Positions 17,401 to 29,400 of a stretch of DNA of 52,616 nt are shown here, piece after piece. The position numbers and the translations under genes are program-made. The stretch is taken from IMG/VR virus record IMGVR_UViG_3300034117_000572, positions 1-52,616 of that record, one strand, 5' to 3'. The notes beneath the pieces were generated by a model. That model was not told where the DNA came from and ran no database searches. It saw nothing but the letters and a program-made list of their open reading frames with translations. The DNA is from a virus (lineage: Duplodnaviria > Caudoviricetes). Position 1 is the stretch's first letter, and every line of letters starts with the position of its first letter.

Positions 17401-20400
17401 GACACTTGCTTATTTAATATCTTAGCTTGATTAATTAATGGAACAACATTTCCTTTAATCTGTAAGTGTCTAATAGCTTTATATAAAGCGTTTAATTGTT
17501 CAGCTTTACTTCCTCTTTCAGATTCATTTACTTTCTCTTCAGAAAGTTTTCTATACGTAGCATTAAACTGTTCTATTAACTTATCAATTTTCTTATTGCC
17601 AGTTTTCTCATCTGTAATACCTACAGGAAGTAAATAATCTTCTGCAATATTTTGAACATTAGTATCTCCTATTTTTATTTCTAATAGTCTAGGAAGAATT
17701 TCTTTTTCGTAATCAGCTTTTGTATACTTAGCTAATATAGGAATCATTCTAGTTTGACCAAACTCTTCATTCTTTACACCATAGTTACTAGAGATGATAT
17801 CTTTATATTTACCCATCTGTATTCTCCAAGCTTCCACTTTGTACCAAGGAATATCTTCATACACATCTGTGTTAAGATCCATGAATTTCCAGTCAAGTAT
17901 ACTAGTCTTTCCTTCAGAAGTGATTGCTAAGAAATCTACAGTTCCTGCAATTCTTCTTTTCTTATCAAATATCTTAACCTCAGACATGAATCTAGTTCCT
18001 TCAGGAAATGATAAAAGACGCTCTTGTAGATTATCTCTAAGTATCTCATACATTCTTCTATCATTAGAATTAAGTTCTGAAACATACTCTGAATCATCTA
18101 ACATTTGTTCTCTAACAAGTCCTGTTGTAGGATCTACAAGCCTCTTAAATGCATATTCAATATCAGCATGTCCTGCTGTTCCTTTTTCTGCTTTAAGTGT
18201 ATTTACAGCATCTTCAAATGCTGTCTTACCTATCTGTGGAAATATTTTTTCATAGAAGTCTTTTGCAAAATCAGAAACTCTTCGTACAGATTTTATTCCA
18301 TCTAATTCATATCCTCCATCTTTAGCTTCTATTCTATTAGAAGTTTCTAATAAATCATCAAATACTTTTTCTCCTTTTTGTAATTGGAAATAAGCACTTC
18401 CTTTAGAAACATCAATGTCTTCTACACTAGCAATTTTACCAGAAAGAACATCCATAGAAGCTTGATCAAATCCACTCTTTGCATAGAATAATCCTTTAAG
18501 CCAATCAACAATTTGTTCAAACCAATTTCTTCCTACAACATCTTCTAATCTATCAGCTAACACTTGTGCAATAGCTTCTTCTTTAAGTTTAACAATATCT
18601 CTTCTGCCATCTTTCTGATATAATGGATCATTACCATATAAAGCAATTACTTCATTTAATTTAGAATGACCATTAATTTCTTTTAATAATTGTTGATATA
18701 GTTTAGGATTAGTTTGTTTAATAATCTCAACAGCAAAGTGCATAGCTTCTTCTGGTAAAGCAACATCTTCTTGTCCTTCTACCACTTGAATAAGTTTCTG
18801 CATGATTAAAGCAACACCACTAGCATCTACTTTTTTACCATCAACAACAATATCTTGAACAAGTTTATAATCAACACCAATTGATTTAATAAACTCTTTC
18901 ATTAATGTAATTAATTTAGGAGAAGCTTTTTGAACAGAAACATTTGGTTTCTGTAAAAATATAGGTTGTTGTTCTCTCTCAGGAACAATCTCTATTTCAT
19001 TCCATGTATTACCATACTCATCAGTAACTTGCTTTACATTTTCTTTACCATATTGTTTATTAAGAACATTCTTTACAGTGTTCTCATAGAAGTTATAGAT
19101 AGGTTTTAAAGCACCAAACCCTTCTGGTCCTTCTACTCTTTCAAGTTCTTGTTTAAGTTGATTTATTTCATTATCAGCATTAATAATTTCTTGTTCTACA
19201 TTAATATTTCTAGGATTAGGATTTTCATAATCTACACCACTCCAAGCTAAATCTTCAATATAACCTTCATCATTATTTATTAATTTTTCTTTTCTATTTT
19301 CTATTTGTTTAATCCTATCTTCTTTCTGCTTCTTAAACTCTTCTAATGTTGTATGCCCTTCCACTTTACTAGCTGTATCACCACTAGGAAATAACACTTT
19401 CTCATATCCTTTCTTAGCAGAGTCTTGTACAATAGATTTAACAAAGAATGTTACCCAGTTAGATCCTTGGTTTAATAATTGAAGAAAAGAATTACCTGTA
19501 TTTTGATTAGCTAATTTATCAACCTTATCATAAAATTTTATCTCTTCCTCTGTAAAGTCTGAATAATCTTTTCTTTGTAACTTTTTATATAATTCTTGTT
19601 CTTCTTTAGTTAATTTATCTAAAAAATTAGAAACTGGAATTTTTGTTAATTCTTTTTCATCTCTACCCTTCTGAAATAAATCAGATTGTACTTCTAGTAT
19701 TCTACGAGTTTTAGTTTTATCAAAACCAGTAACATTAACTATATCTTTAGCTTTGGTTGCTGGAATTAAATCTTCCATTCCAGGCATTGCTGGAACTATT
19801 TTATCAGAAGGTATTATCTCTGTAGTTACATTTTTAATTTCATCATCACTTCTAAACCAACCAATACCTTTATCTGTAGCAAACTGAGCATGTCCTTTTA
19901 TACTTGGTGTAATAGCTGGTGTAGCTATTTCATTCTCTGTATAATTAGTTCCTCCTGGAACTGTTAGATTAGAATAATAAGATGTTGGTTCACTTTGAAC
20001 ATTGATATCATAATTTTCTTTAGATATTTCAACTTCTTCTCCATAATCAGAATCTACTCTATAATATCTACCATCTCTTTCAATATATTTAGAACTTATA
20101 GATTTATCTAAAGCAGTGTTAATCTCAATAGCAAAACTATAATTACCAAGAAGAGAGGAGATAAGTTCTCCTCTATCTTCTGTATCAAATGATTTTAATA
20201 TCTCTATTTGATCTTTAGGAATACCAAGGTCAGCTTGCATTTTCTTCCAGAAGAAATCACCAGTGATCTTGTTTTTAGCTACAGCATTAAAGAACTGATC
20301 AGCTTTAGGAGATTGTAAAATATTTGTGGCTTTTAAACCACTCTTTACAATTTCTTCTCTGCTTTCTGATTCAGGAACAACACCCTCGTATTTATCCCAT

Positions 20401-20480
20401 AGATAATGAGCTACATCTTCTCCTCTAGAGGATACTAATAATTGCCAAGCTTCTGTATTTTTATTTGGACAAGTTGCCAT
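14433..20480 (-). CDS. Large virion cargo/ejection protein (2015 aa) with PD-(D/E)xK nuclease-like domain
   Basis: Adjacent to vRNAP; SEVKI..IAGTVDFL..ILDWK motif; EVQSD domain; EEAMH degenerate zincin-like motif. Confidence 0.75.
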   Translation of the reverse strand: MATCPNKNTEAWQLLVSSRGEDVAHYLWDKYEGVVPESESREEIVKSGLKATNILQSPKADQFFNAVAKNKITGDFFWKKMQADLGIPKDQIEILKSFDTEDRGELISSLLGNYSFAIEINTALDKSISSKYIERDGRYYRVDSDYGEEVEISKENYDINVQSEPTSYYSNLTVPGGTNYTENEIATPAITPSIKGHAQFATDKGIGWFRSDDEIKNVTTEIIPSDKIVPAMPGMEDLIPATKAKDIVNVTGFDKTKTRRILEVQSDLFQKGRDEKELTKIPVSNFLDKLTKEEQELYKKLQRKDYSDFTEEEIKFYDKVDKLANQNTGNSFLQLLNQGSNWVTFFVKSIVQDSAKKGYEKVLFPSGDTASKVEGHTTLEEFKKQKEDRIKQIENRKEKLINNDEGYIEDLAWSGVDYENPNPRNINVEQEIINADNEINQLKQELERVEGPEGFGALKPIYNFYENTVKNVLNKQYGKENVKQVTDEYGNTWNEIEIVPEREQQPIFLQKPNVSVQKASPKLITLMKEFIKSIGVDYKLVQDIVVDGKKVDASGVALIMQKLIQVVEGQEDVALPEEAMHFAVEIIKQTNPKLYQQLLKEINGHSKLNEVIALYGNDPLYQKDGRRDIVKLKEEAIAQVLADRLEDVVGRNWFEQIVDWLKGLFYAKSGFDQASMDVLSGKIASVEDIDVSKGSAYFQLQKGEKVFDDLLETSNRIEAKDGGYELDGIKSVRRVSDFAKDFYEKIFPQIGKTAFEDAVNTLKAEKGTAGHADIEYAFKRLVDPTTGLVREQMLDDSEYVSELNSNDRRMYEILRDNLQERLLSFPEGTRFMSEVKIFDKKRRIAGTVDFLAITSEGKTSILDWKFMDLNTDVYEDIPWYKVEAWRIQMGKYKDIISSNYGVKNEEFGQTRMIPILAKYTKADYEKEILPRLLEIKIGDTNVQNIAEDYLLPVGITDEKTGNKKIDKLIEQFNATYRKLSEEKVNESERGSKAEQLNALYKAIRHLQIKGNVVPLINQAKILNKQVSMLLKRYKADFEGQDPSTIDGDKINAFAGMIRVHLEALQPYLDLKQLGTLLTDETEENDKLKLELAATRDKVEDFISELEDLDETFGEKFNNTSSTPEKVVKGITKWFSSISTIQVANIQTLYKLANKAFGLANIETLEQVKKLNVLKDEYTKWASSKGLSVKNYFDILMKKDKNELIDQYDKKFYDELKSKIAKKDFTWILDNVNQDLYREHLEALTEKEIDYILSKPRVGTEEEVRASIKRDMAKVYSKYDLTNKNSNGWLIYKQIRQFPKTEKWESVEWKELTKPENAPAKAFYDYIVERNKYFQSVGYLNGKAARKFLPWIRQGFTEGLVFDGKSRGIGEQFLRNISMDEAEAGYGQTNPITGELINSVPKYFTKDLGEGYSTDLFKTMALYNEYAIKFKNLSDIEERSLQLLRIERNKKSIMTSTFGSLLEENGDLRFNPNNLENSKLLEDMIKSVVYQQKYIQSEVFDMALGKISGFGKTLNEKLGMKIFPEDLEERQLSANKLLDAINTQFQISTLGLNPLSALSNLFGGTANGLINAGKYFTKTDFLKTQTWMLAGKMTGGEDRIKALAALDYFVPFVESYNRNAARKLSLNKIDEQAIQDYLMFLMRNGDEAVQALNFYTFLKNTIVEDGKIINVREYLRSTDEYKAFYSGTQEERKARADKFEKDVQELLESQGVLKLGEVVDGEFVIPGIDKKSDSVIDFRRLVQSFTADALGSMSEENKRLVNMNVYASSMMVFKNWIPRLVDVRIGDIKYNAASDAYEWGRMRMIFGMLTKDTLKSIKSLQSAIGGNNDVWLEQVRALYERKQEEYKANTGKTLDMTEDEFIALVNQNIKNQTVDLVILLSLISLLAALKAVAPDDDEEAIVKNQYKFLLKATDKLTDELMYFYKPTTPIDLIGGKGGIFPSIGLLENYRKFFTNFVAENYGIITDNEEIQDDATPIKYLMKSFPISSQAAGYLPMFYPDLAKDLGIKMQSQYGIR

Positions 20481-20481
20481 A

Positions 20482-23400
20482 TTAACATATTGATTTTAAA
20501 ATTTTACCTATTTCTTCTGGTGTGTAACCCAATGCTTCTAACATATTACTATTGATGTCAAGCTTATTATATTCTTTACCATCTTTCAATGTTATTGTAT
20601 CTCCTATTACAGTGTCTGTTTGTAAAGGTACAACTTCTTCTTGAATTTGTGGAGCAATTTGATTAACAATTTCTTCATCCGATAATTCTTGAGCATTTGG
20701 TATTCCACCATTGTTTATTACAGAAGGTTTGAATTCTTTATTAAACTCTACAGCTCTATTACCATCACCGTACACGTTAATCTGTTTGTAATAATAATTA
20801 TATGAAACCTCACTAGTTTCTTTGTCAACAGTTGCAGTTCTTAATGGAATAGAATTACCATATTGATCCATGTTAGTTGTATACACTTTTTTATAATAAT
20901 ATGCATCATAAAGATCTTGTGATCCTTTCTTTTTCATTAATGCATAATCTTTAGCTGTAACCTCTCTTCTGGTAGCTATATTAACTTTACTTCCATCTCT
21001 AGCTGTTATAACTTTAGGAACTTTAATAAAATCAGAAGATAATTGAAATGAGTTATACTTATCATTTAAAACTAGTAAACCTTTCTGAGAAGTTTTTATT
21101 TGTTTAAATGCTGGTATATAATATAATATTTCAATTTCTCCTGTGTTAGGATCTATTATTTCATCTGCTTCTCTCTTAGAAGGATTTGCATAAGGAGTGT
21201 ATTCTGAAAATACATCTTTATTATTAAAGTTATTTCTTTCAAACATTCCATTAGCAAAAGCATCAAGACTTGTTGAAGGTGTAAGTTGTTCTATAATAGG
21301 AGCAATTTTAGCAGCATAATCTTCTACAGGAATAATGTTTCTTATAGATATAGCAGATTGACCAACTCCTTGTAATATAGCAACGTTAACAATGTTATTA
21401 TAAAGATCGTTTAGTTCTGGATTAGTATCTCTCAGCTCTCTCATCATTCCTACATATAAGTTTTCACTATATGCATCTTTTACATTTGCTTTTAATTCTA
21501 TAGAATTAGCACTTCCTTCTCTATTACCAATAACAGGAACTAAGTCTTGTAGTATTTTTATAGAAGGATATTTTTGTTTAGCTTGTTCTAATTGATTAAC
21601 CACTGCAGTTTCTGAATCTACAAGTAAAGGTTTAATCATATTTGACATAACTGTGTTATTCTGAATAACATAGTCTACAAAAGAATTCTTGATTAAGTTA
21701 GATATCTTTTCATAGTCATCAGCAGACATATATTTTTTTGTAGCATATTGTTTTAATGTGCTAATAGTGTAAGCTTTTATTGCAGGAAGTTCTGTCTTCA
21801 TTATAGCACCAAAAGATGCAAATGATTTAGAAAGAAGATCAGCTTGTTTACCTATGAATGTATTTGCTAACACCTTATCTACATTAGATATCAAATTAAA
21901 ATTACTAGCATTGAATGTTGCAAATTCTTTTTTAAGAAGAGTATCTGAGCTACCAAATCTTGTTGTATCATAATTTGTAGACTGTGTGTAACTAAACAAT
22001 TGATCTGCTAATATTTTATATTTAATGAACTCATTTAATATTAATTGTTGTTCAGCATTTTTTAAATCATCAAATTTACCTTTTTCTCCATACTCTCGTA
22101 TATTATCTAAAAATTGATCTGTAGATATTGTAGCATCTTCGATCGCTTTATTTGTAGTAGGAAACTGATCTCTAATATATTTTAAATTCATTTTACCCAT
22201 AACATTTTTAGAACCAACGTTATCTAAGTATTCTAAATACTTTTCTATGATAGGTTGGTTTAAGAAATATATACCAGTATTACCTGCCCCAATAGCTTCT
22301 AAGAACATGAATGTAGAAACAATTGTATCACTTTTTATAATTTTAGTGATGAAAGGCTTGTTAGCAATATCCACAAACGCTGTAGCATATCCAGATAATC
22401 TTTCTGAGATAAGTTGTTTACCATCAGATGTTTTAGTTCCAGATAAAGAAACATATTTTCTTCCTTCAACATCTAATGTATTATGAGGAAGAACAATTGA
22501 TAGATCTTTTACAAAACTAAGTTCTTGTGCAGATAAAGAGAAAAGTTTAGCAGGATCTAAATACACTTGACTCTTTTGTCTTAATGAAAGATTTGTAATA
22601 TTGACAGCAGCTATCCCTACCCATCTCTTACCAGTGATGAATGCATGACGTAAATCAGTCATATAGTTTCTGTTAACAAGTTTTGCTTGAACATTAGCTT
22701 CACTATATCCTCTAGCATCATCTAATATCTCAGAAATCTTTTCTAATCCTCCATCATTAACAGGACTAATTAATTTGTTAAAGTTTTCAGGAAGTGTAAG
22801 AAGTTCTTCTATTGAATCATAGTATTCGTTCTCTAAAGATTTCTTATACATTGTATTTATATAAGATTGTCTTAGTTCAGCATTTATATTATCATCAGTT
22901 AGTTTCTCTAACTCTTTTTCCATTTCACCTCTGAATACAAAAGGGTCATCATACTTATCTTGTATAGAAAGAATATAATCTCCATACTTATTAATTAATC
23001 CTTTTGTGTCTTCTAATCCATATACTAATGTATCAATAGCTTCAATCAACTCTGCTTTCTTTAGAGCTCTTCTTTCTGTTGATTCATCATACACCTTTGT
23101 AAAGAAATCTTTTGTAGCTTCTTCTGTTCCTTGCCATTTAACTAATTTAACATTTCCGTTTTTATCTGTGTATACAGATTTAAGGTACATGTTTAATTTA
23201 TCAATATCAAAGTCACTTCCTGCTTTAGTAGTAATCTCAGAAGGAACAACAACTGTATATCCCATGTATTGTGGTAAGAACCCTTTCACCCTAAATACTT
23301 CCATAGAAGATAATGCTTGTGTAGGAATTCTAAATCCAATACCAGTTAATATCTTTTGACCTTCAGGTGTATTTAAATACTTAAGAATTTGTTCATCTGT

Positions 23401-26400
23401 CATGTTTCCAAACTTATTCTTAAACCAATGAGGAAGCATCACTTCACAATAGCGTTTACCATCTTTATCCTCATAGAATTTAAGTGTATCGTCTGTAAGT
23501 AATACAGATTTCTTTTCTTCTTCTGTAAGAGCTTTATATTGATTCTTAGTTATCTTCTCCCATCCTGTATCAGTTTTTCTAGCAAAGCTTCTTCCTTCTG
23601 TAGCTTTCTCAAACATTGTTACAGGAACCTGTACATGTGGAGCTCCACTCATTGCAGGAGAGATTAATGCTTTATTCACCATAGAATAAAGAATACTTTT
23701 AATTTGTATATAAGAAGGAGAAGCTTCAAATGGCATCATGAACTGACCATTCTTATCTAACTGAATTGTATCTTTAGCATTTTCAGAAAGATCTCTACGC
23801 ATCATTTCATACATAAGAGTTTCTGATACTCTTTGATTATCTTCAAGAGCATAACCATCTCCAAGATCTATTACACCAAGTCTATTTAATAACTCATTAT
23901 ATGCATTTTCATTAAGAAGATCTAAAGCACCATCATGTCTCTTAACTGCTTTTCTAATAACTTCTTTTCTTTCAGGAGTTTCACCAACTGGTTCTCCATT
24001 TTCGTATAAATCTGATGTTACTATCTTTGTAGGTTGAGAACCTCTTGTTTGTGTCTTTTCACCTTCAGACATTGTTTCCACTTGTGTACCATATGCTATC
24101 CAAGGCACCTCAACAATATTCTCAAACTTAGATGTATTGAATGTACCATCAGCATTATAGACATTGTGTAATCCTTCAGCACCAACCTTTCTACCAGTTG
24201 TAACAATACTGTATCCAATGTTTTGATTAAACATTTCAACGTATAAGTTCTCTAAGTTTGTACCTTCTACCATATTATAATATAAAGGCATCTGAGATGT
24301 CTTATCTAATACAAGATCTATTTCTGTTTTGTTAAACTTGTTACCAGATACAATAGGTTTTCTTACAGCAAGTTTATGTTTAGGCATAGGAGAAGATAAT
24401 AACTTATTATCAAGCTCTCTTAGTTTCTCACTTGTATATTCTTTTATTTTCTTTTTATCAAAAGCTCTTCTTGTATAAGCCATTTGCCATTGGTGAAAAG
24501 CTTCAGCTTCATTACTCCATTGTCCTTCTTTAAGAGCAATCTCTTTATGTGTATTATCCATCAACCAAGACATAGCATCTGTCTCATCTGTCTTAGCGTA
24601 TTGATCTTTTATCTCTTTAGGAATATTAGGTAATGTAGCAATACTACCAACAATCTCAACAGTGTTAAGTGTTACAGTGTTAGTGTATGATTTATAATCA
24701 TGGTGCCCAGGTGTTCCCTCTTCAAGTTTTATATCATTTACAGAATTATATTTATCTTTCAAGAAGTTGTTATATTCTGTCATATTAAATGTTCTTCTTC
24801 TAGGAGATAAGAAAGATTTAATACGTTTAGTTTCATCTAGTTTCCCTTTCTCAGTTTTGAATTGATAAGGATCTCCAAATAATATTTTGTGATATTCTTG
24901 ATTGTTTATTTGATAATTAATATTAGCAAACAATATAACATTCTTAACATCCTCAAGTGACACTATACCATTTAAATTATATTTCTTCAAAAAGTCTGTA
25001 TCAAACTTATCAAGAGTGTAACCATCTTCAACAGAACTTATCTGACCAGAACTTAATAATGCATCAATTGTTTCATTAGTCATTTTTTCTGTAAATTGTT
25101 TTACAGATTCGTTTATTGATTGTTTATTTTTTGTAATATATTCTTGTATAGCTTCGTATGTAGAACCATTCTCAATCATTGTTTCAATTGCTGAAACAAT
25201 ATTTTTAGGAAGAATGTCTCTCATTATTCTAAGTTCTTGAGACTTAGCTCTTTGGTAAATATTTTGTTTTCTATTTTCTAATGCTAAGTTAATGTCATCA
25301 TTTAAATAATTAGTATATATACTATACATCTTCTTTAAATAATCTCCTGACATAACATCATCCATAGAGATAACATTACCTAAGTTCATCATCCATTCTG
25401 TAGAACTATCTCCAGGAATAAGAACGTAATAGTTACCATTTATGTTTTGGTTTATCTCTTGTACATATCTTTGTCCTCTTGTTAATCTAGAAGTAGATTG
25501 ATCCTTACCAGTAATTTGATTTTTACTTCCTTGGATATATCCCACTTTAAGTTCAGCAATTCTATTTCCTTCTTTATCAAAGAATAAACCTCCTGGCTTT
25601 AACACTTCACTTCCTTTAGAATATATGTCATTTAACTGAGGCATTCTTTCTAAAAGTTCTTTTAATGTTTTAGATTCATTAAAAGTGTTCTCAAAATAAG
25701 AAGGAGCATTGTTTTCTGAGAAAGCACCAATACGTTGTCCCTCTACACCAAAATATGTAGAGTCTTGATTAGGATTGTTCACTCTATTATAAAGTGTAGA
25801 CAATGTTCTTAATGGTCCTTTAATACCAAGTTTCTTAGCATCAAAAGTCATTAACTCATTGTTCTTTCCTAAATAAGCTTGTATTTGACCTACAGCATCT
25901 GAAAATTCTTTTACTTCAGTTGTCTTCTTTCCTTTTATAATAGCTTCTCTATTACTAAGAGCATTGTAAGTTCCTTGATCAAATTCTATTCCTAGTTCAT
26001 TTAAAAATTTAAGTTGCCCTGTAGACTTTTTAACATCAAATTCTTTAATCTTTTCAGTGTTTATTTTATATACTTTTTCACCTTTATCATTTTTAGTAAA
26101 ACTAATTAATCCACCTTCACCTTTACCAATAGTTTTCATATTAGCAATCCATCCATCAACTGTTTGTGAAACAGTTGTAAATAAATTTGCAGGTCCTGTA
26201 TATACATCACCTTCTTCAGATGTGTATTGGATCAATGCATCTGGTTTTTGTTTTGAGAATGTAGTAAAGAATTGAATAAACAATCTCCAATCTGATTCTC
26301 CAAATGTATCAAAGTCAAAGTTATGTGTTTCTAAATTACCACCTAATGCTTTGAATAAAGGAATATAGTTTGAGTCTTCTTTTGCAAGTTGTATAAACTT

Positions 26401-29400
26401 ATTAGTGAACTCATAAGGATCATTTGTATTATGTAATCTATCTAACAATGTAGCAAACACTCTATTGAAGTTTAATAATTTATATCCAATAGGAGAAGAA
26501 TTAATTTTAGAAACCTTTAACTCTGTACCTTTCTGTACATTTGTTTGGTTTAATCCTCTTCTTTCTGTTAATGTAGACAACAAGAATTTAATAGCTCCTG
26601 TAGAATGTTTCTTCCAATCTGTAGAAAAAGCTTCTGGTGCATAATCTTTTGATGTAGTGTTTTCATCATTGATGCTTATCACTTCATCTGCATTAAATGA
26701 TATACCAATTGTTCTTAAAAAATCAACAGATCTTTTAACAAGTTCATTATATCTCTTTTCTCCTAATGCATCTATTTCTCCAAGGTCTTTATATATTTCT
26801 CTAACTTGAGTAAACACTTGTTCACCTGTTAATGATTCAGGATTAAACAAAAGATCTTTTCTACCTTCTCTAAATATTATAAGTTTAATTTGAGAAACCA
26901 TATCTTGGATATAGTTATTAGTCTGCTCTTCTGTAAGTCCTTCTATTGCTCTATATTCAGGAGCTAATGCTTTTGCTCTCTCAGATAATTTTGTTTCTTT
27001 AAACTTACCAGAATCAATTGCTTTAAACAACTCATTCTTCATTGAAGGTTTACTTACAAATGATTTAAAGAAATCCATTATCTTCTTGAACAAGTTACGT
27101 ACAGATTCACCTAATGATCTAGCTGGAAGTTTACCAAGTCTAAAGTCAGCAAAGTCATCTGCTATTCTTTCCTTAGCTTGTTTATCTGTAGCATCACTGT
27201 ATGCTATTTTCTTACCTGATTGTCTATCTGTAAATTCTCCTTTTTTATTTCTGAACTCAGTTAATAAATCATTCTTCTGAGTTTCTGTTAAGAAGTCTGC
27301 ATAGATAGCTTCAAAGATTTCGTGATACTCTGTACCTCTTAATCCTCCACGAACAAACTTAGCAACACCATTTTCAAATACACCCCATGCTGTTATACCA
27401 CCTCTTTGTATAATGTTCTCTAATATCTCAAAAGGAATAAAAGGAACATTCTCAGCGTGCCATTGTTTAAACATCTCCAATTCAGAATTAGTCATTCTGT
27501 CAGAAGAGTCTTTACCTGCTTGTCTATATTCAGGAGCATCATCTCTTCTTGTTCTTTTAGAAGGATCGTATGGAGCTTCAGTAGGTTGTTCTAAAGCAGC
27601 TAATTCTGCATCATATTTAGCATTGATTTTATTATACTTATCAATAACTTCTTGTGCTCTTGCATCTGAAACTTGTGAATCAGAAGATAGTTTAACTAAA
27701 TCAGGTGTTCTTGATATAACAGCTTTTTGTCCAGATTTAACAAGTTCTAAATTTCTGCCAAATTCTTTTATAAGTTCTTCTTGTCTTCTTCTTTCTATAT
27801 CAGCTTTCTTAGCTTCTACATCTTGTTGAGCTACAACTTCTGGTGGAGCCATTGGTTGTACTACTTCTTCAACTACTGGAGCAGATGTTTGTTCTGCTAA
27901 TGTTTTAGCTAATGATTGTTTTATAGCTGCTCCAATAAATAATTTAGCTTTGTCTTCATTTGATTTTTTATCAAATTCTTCAATCTCTTCAGGAGATAAA
28001 TTTGCTTTTAATGAACTATCAATAGTTTTAATCTTTACTGGATCTGTAGAAAGATCAGAGATTGTTTGATTACTCTGTACATTAACAGCAATCTCTCCTT
28101 CAGGAGATAATGTTGCTGTAAATAAAATTGGTCCTGAATTAATAGGAAATGTTTGAGGAGTTGCTGTATTAACTTCGTATTCTCCAATTTTATTTTTACT
28201 TTGTACAGGAGCTGGTTTAACTTCCTTAGCTGGAACTTTGCCATAAGGAAGAACATCTTTGTCTGTTACATATGCATACTTCTGTTTGTAAGAGTTTTTA
28301 TTCTCTGTAGGTTTAGCTGTATGTGTAATCAGTGGTGTCTCCTGAGATGATCTTGATGATCCATCAGGATTCTTACCAGACAATAAGAATGATTGATAGT
28401 TTGGCCAAACAACTGTTGATAGGTTACCTTCTGCATCAGCTACATATTCTGTAAACTTTTTAGATGTACCTTCTTCTGTTAATGTTTTATTGTTTACACT
28501 AATAAACGCTTCTTGTAAAGCATCTGTTATCTCTTGTTTACTTTGTTCTATTTGAGAAAGAGGAAATGATTTATTTCCTATTCTAAATGCCATTGCATTA
28601 GTATCAAGACTTATCTGACTAGGAGTAGTTGGGTTTCCTTTAAAATTAAAATACATAACATTTCTTAAGAATGTTAGGTAGTTATAATTAGGCTTTACAA
28701 CTTTATTACTATTTGATTTAGCAATTAAGTCTTTAGCCATTGCATTCATTACAGCAAATACATTGTTAGCTTGTTTATTTGTAAGTGTTTTATTATTTAC
28801 AAAATCTAAAAGATCACCATATTGAATTAATGTTGAACCTAAAGGGAATGATAATAACTCTCCATCATGTTCAACTTTACCTGTTGTAACAACAGTGATT
28901 AATCCATCTTGTGTAGCAATTATATCTTCTGCATTAGGTCCAAGTATATCACTAACATTATTATCTTCATATACACCATTAACTACATTCTGATTAGGTA
29001 TACCTCTTGATATAGCAAATGGATATGGAGTGTATCCTTCTTGTTGAGATAACTCTTGTCTAAATATTTTATATGCTTCTAATGCTATCTCTGCATCTTC
29101 TTCTTGTCCTTGTCTAACTTTGTTATATCCACCATCTGTAAAAAGACTAGCAGAAGACATAGTTTGAAATACAACATTATCAAGTATTGTAGAAGATTCT
29201 TCTCCCACCTTACTTAACTTCTCTCCTTTATCATTAACATAGAAGTTTCCTTCAGGTGTTTGAATAATAAACACTTGAGCCATGAATCCTGTATCAACAT
29301 TAGTTTCATCTTCTGTTAAAGGATCTGTAATATTTTTATTATAAGAAAGTTGAACTATACCTTCAAGTCCTAAAGCTTTAGCATTCTTAGGAGTTACAAC

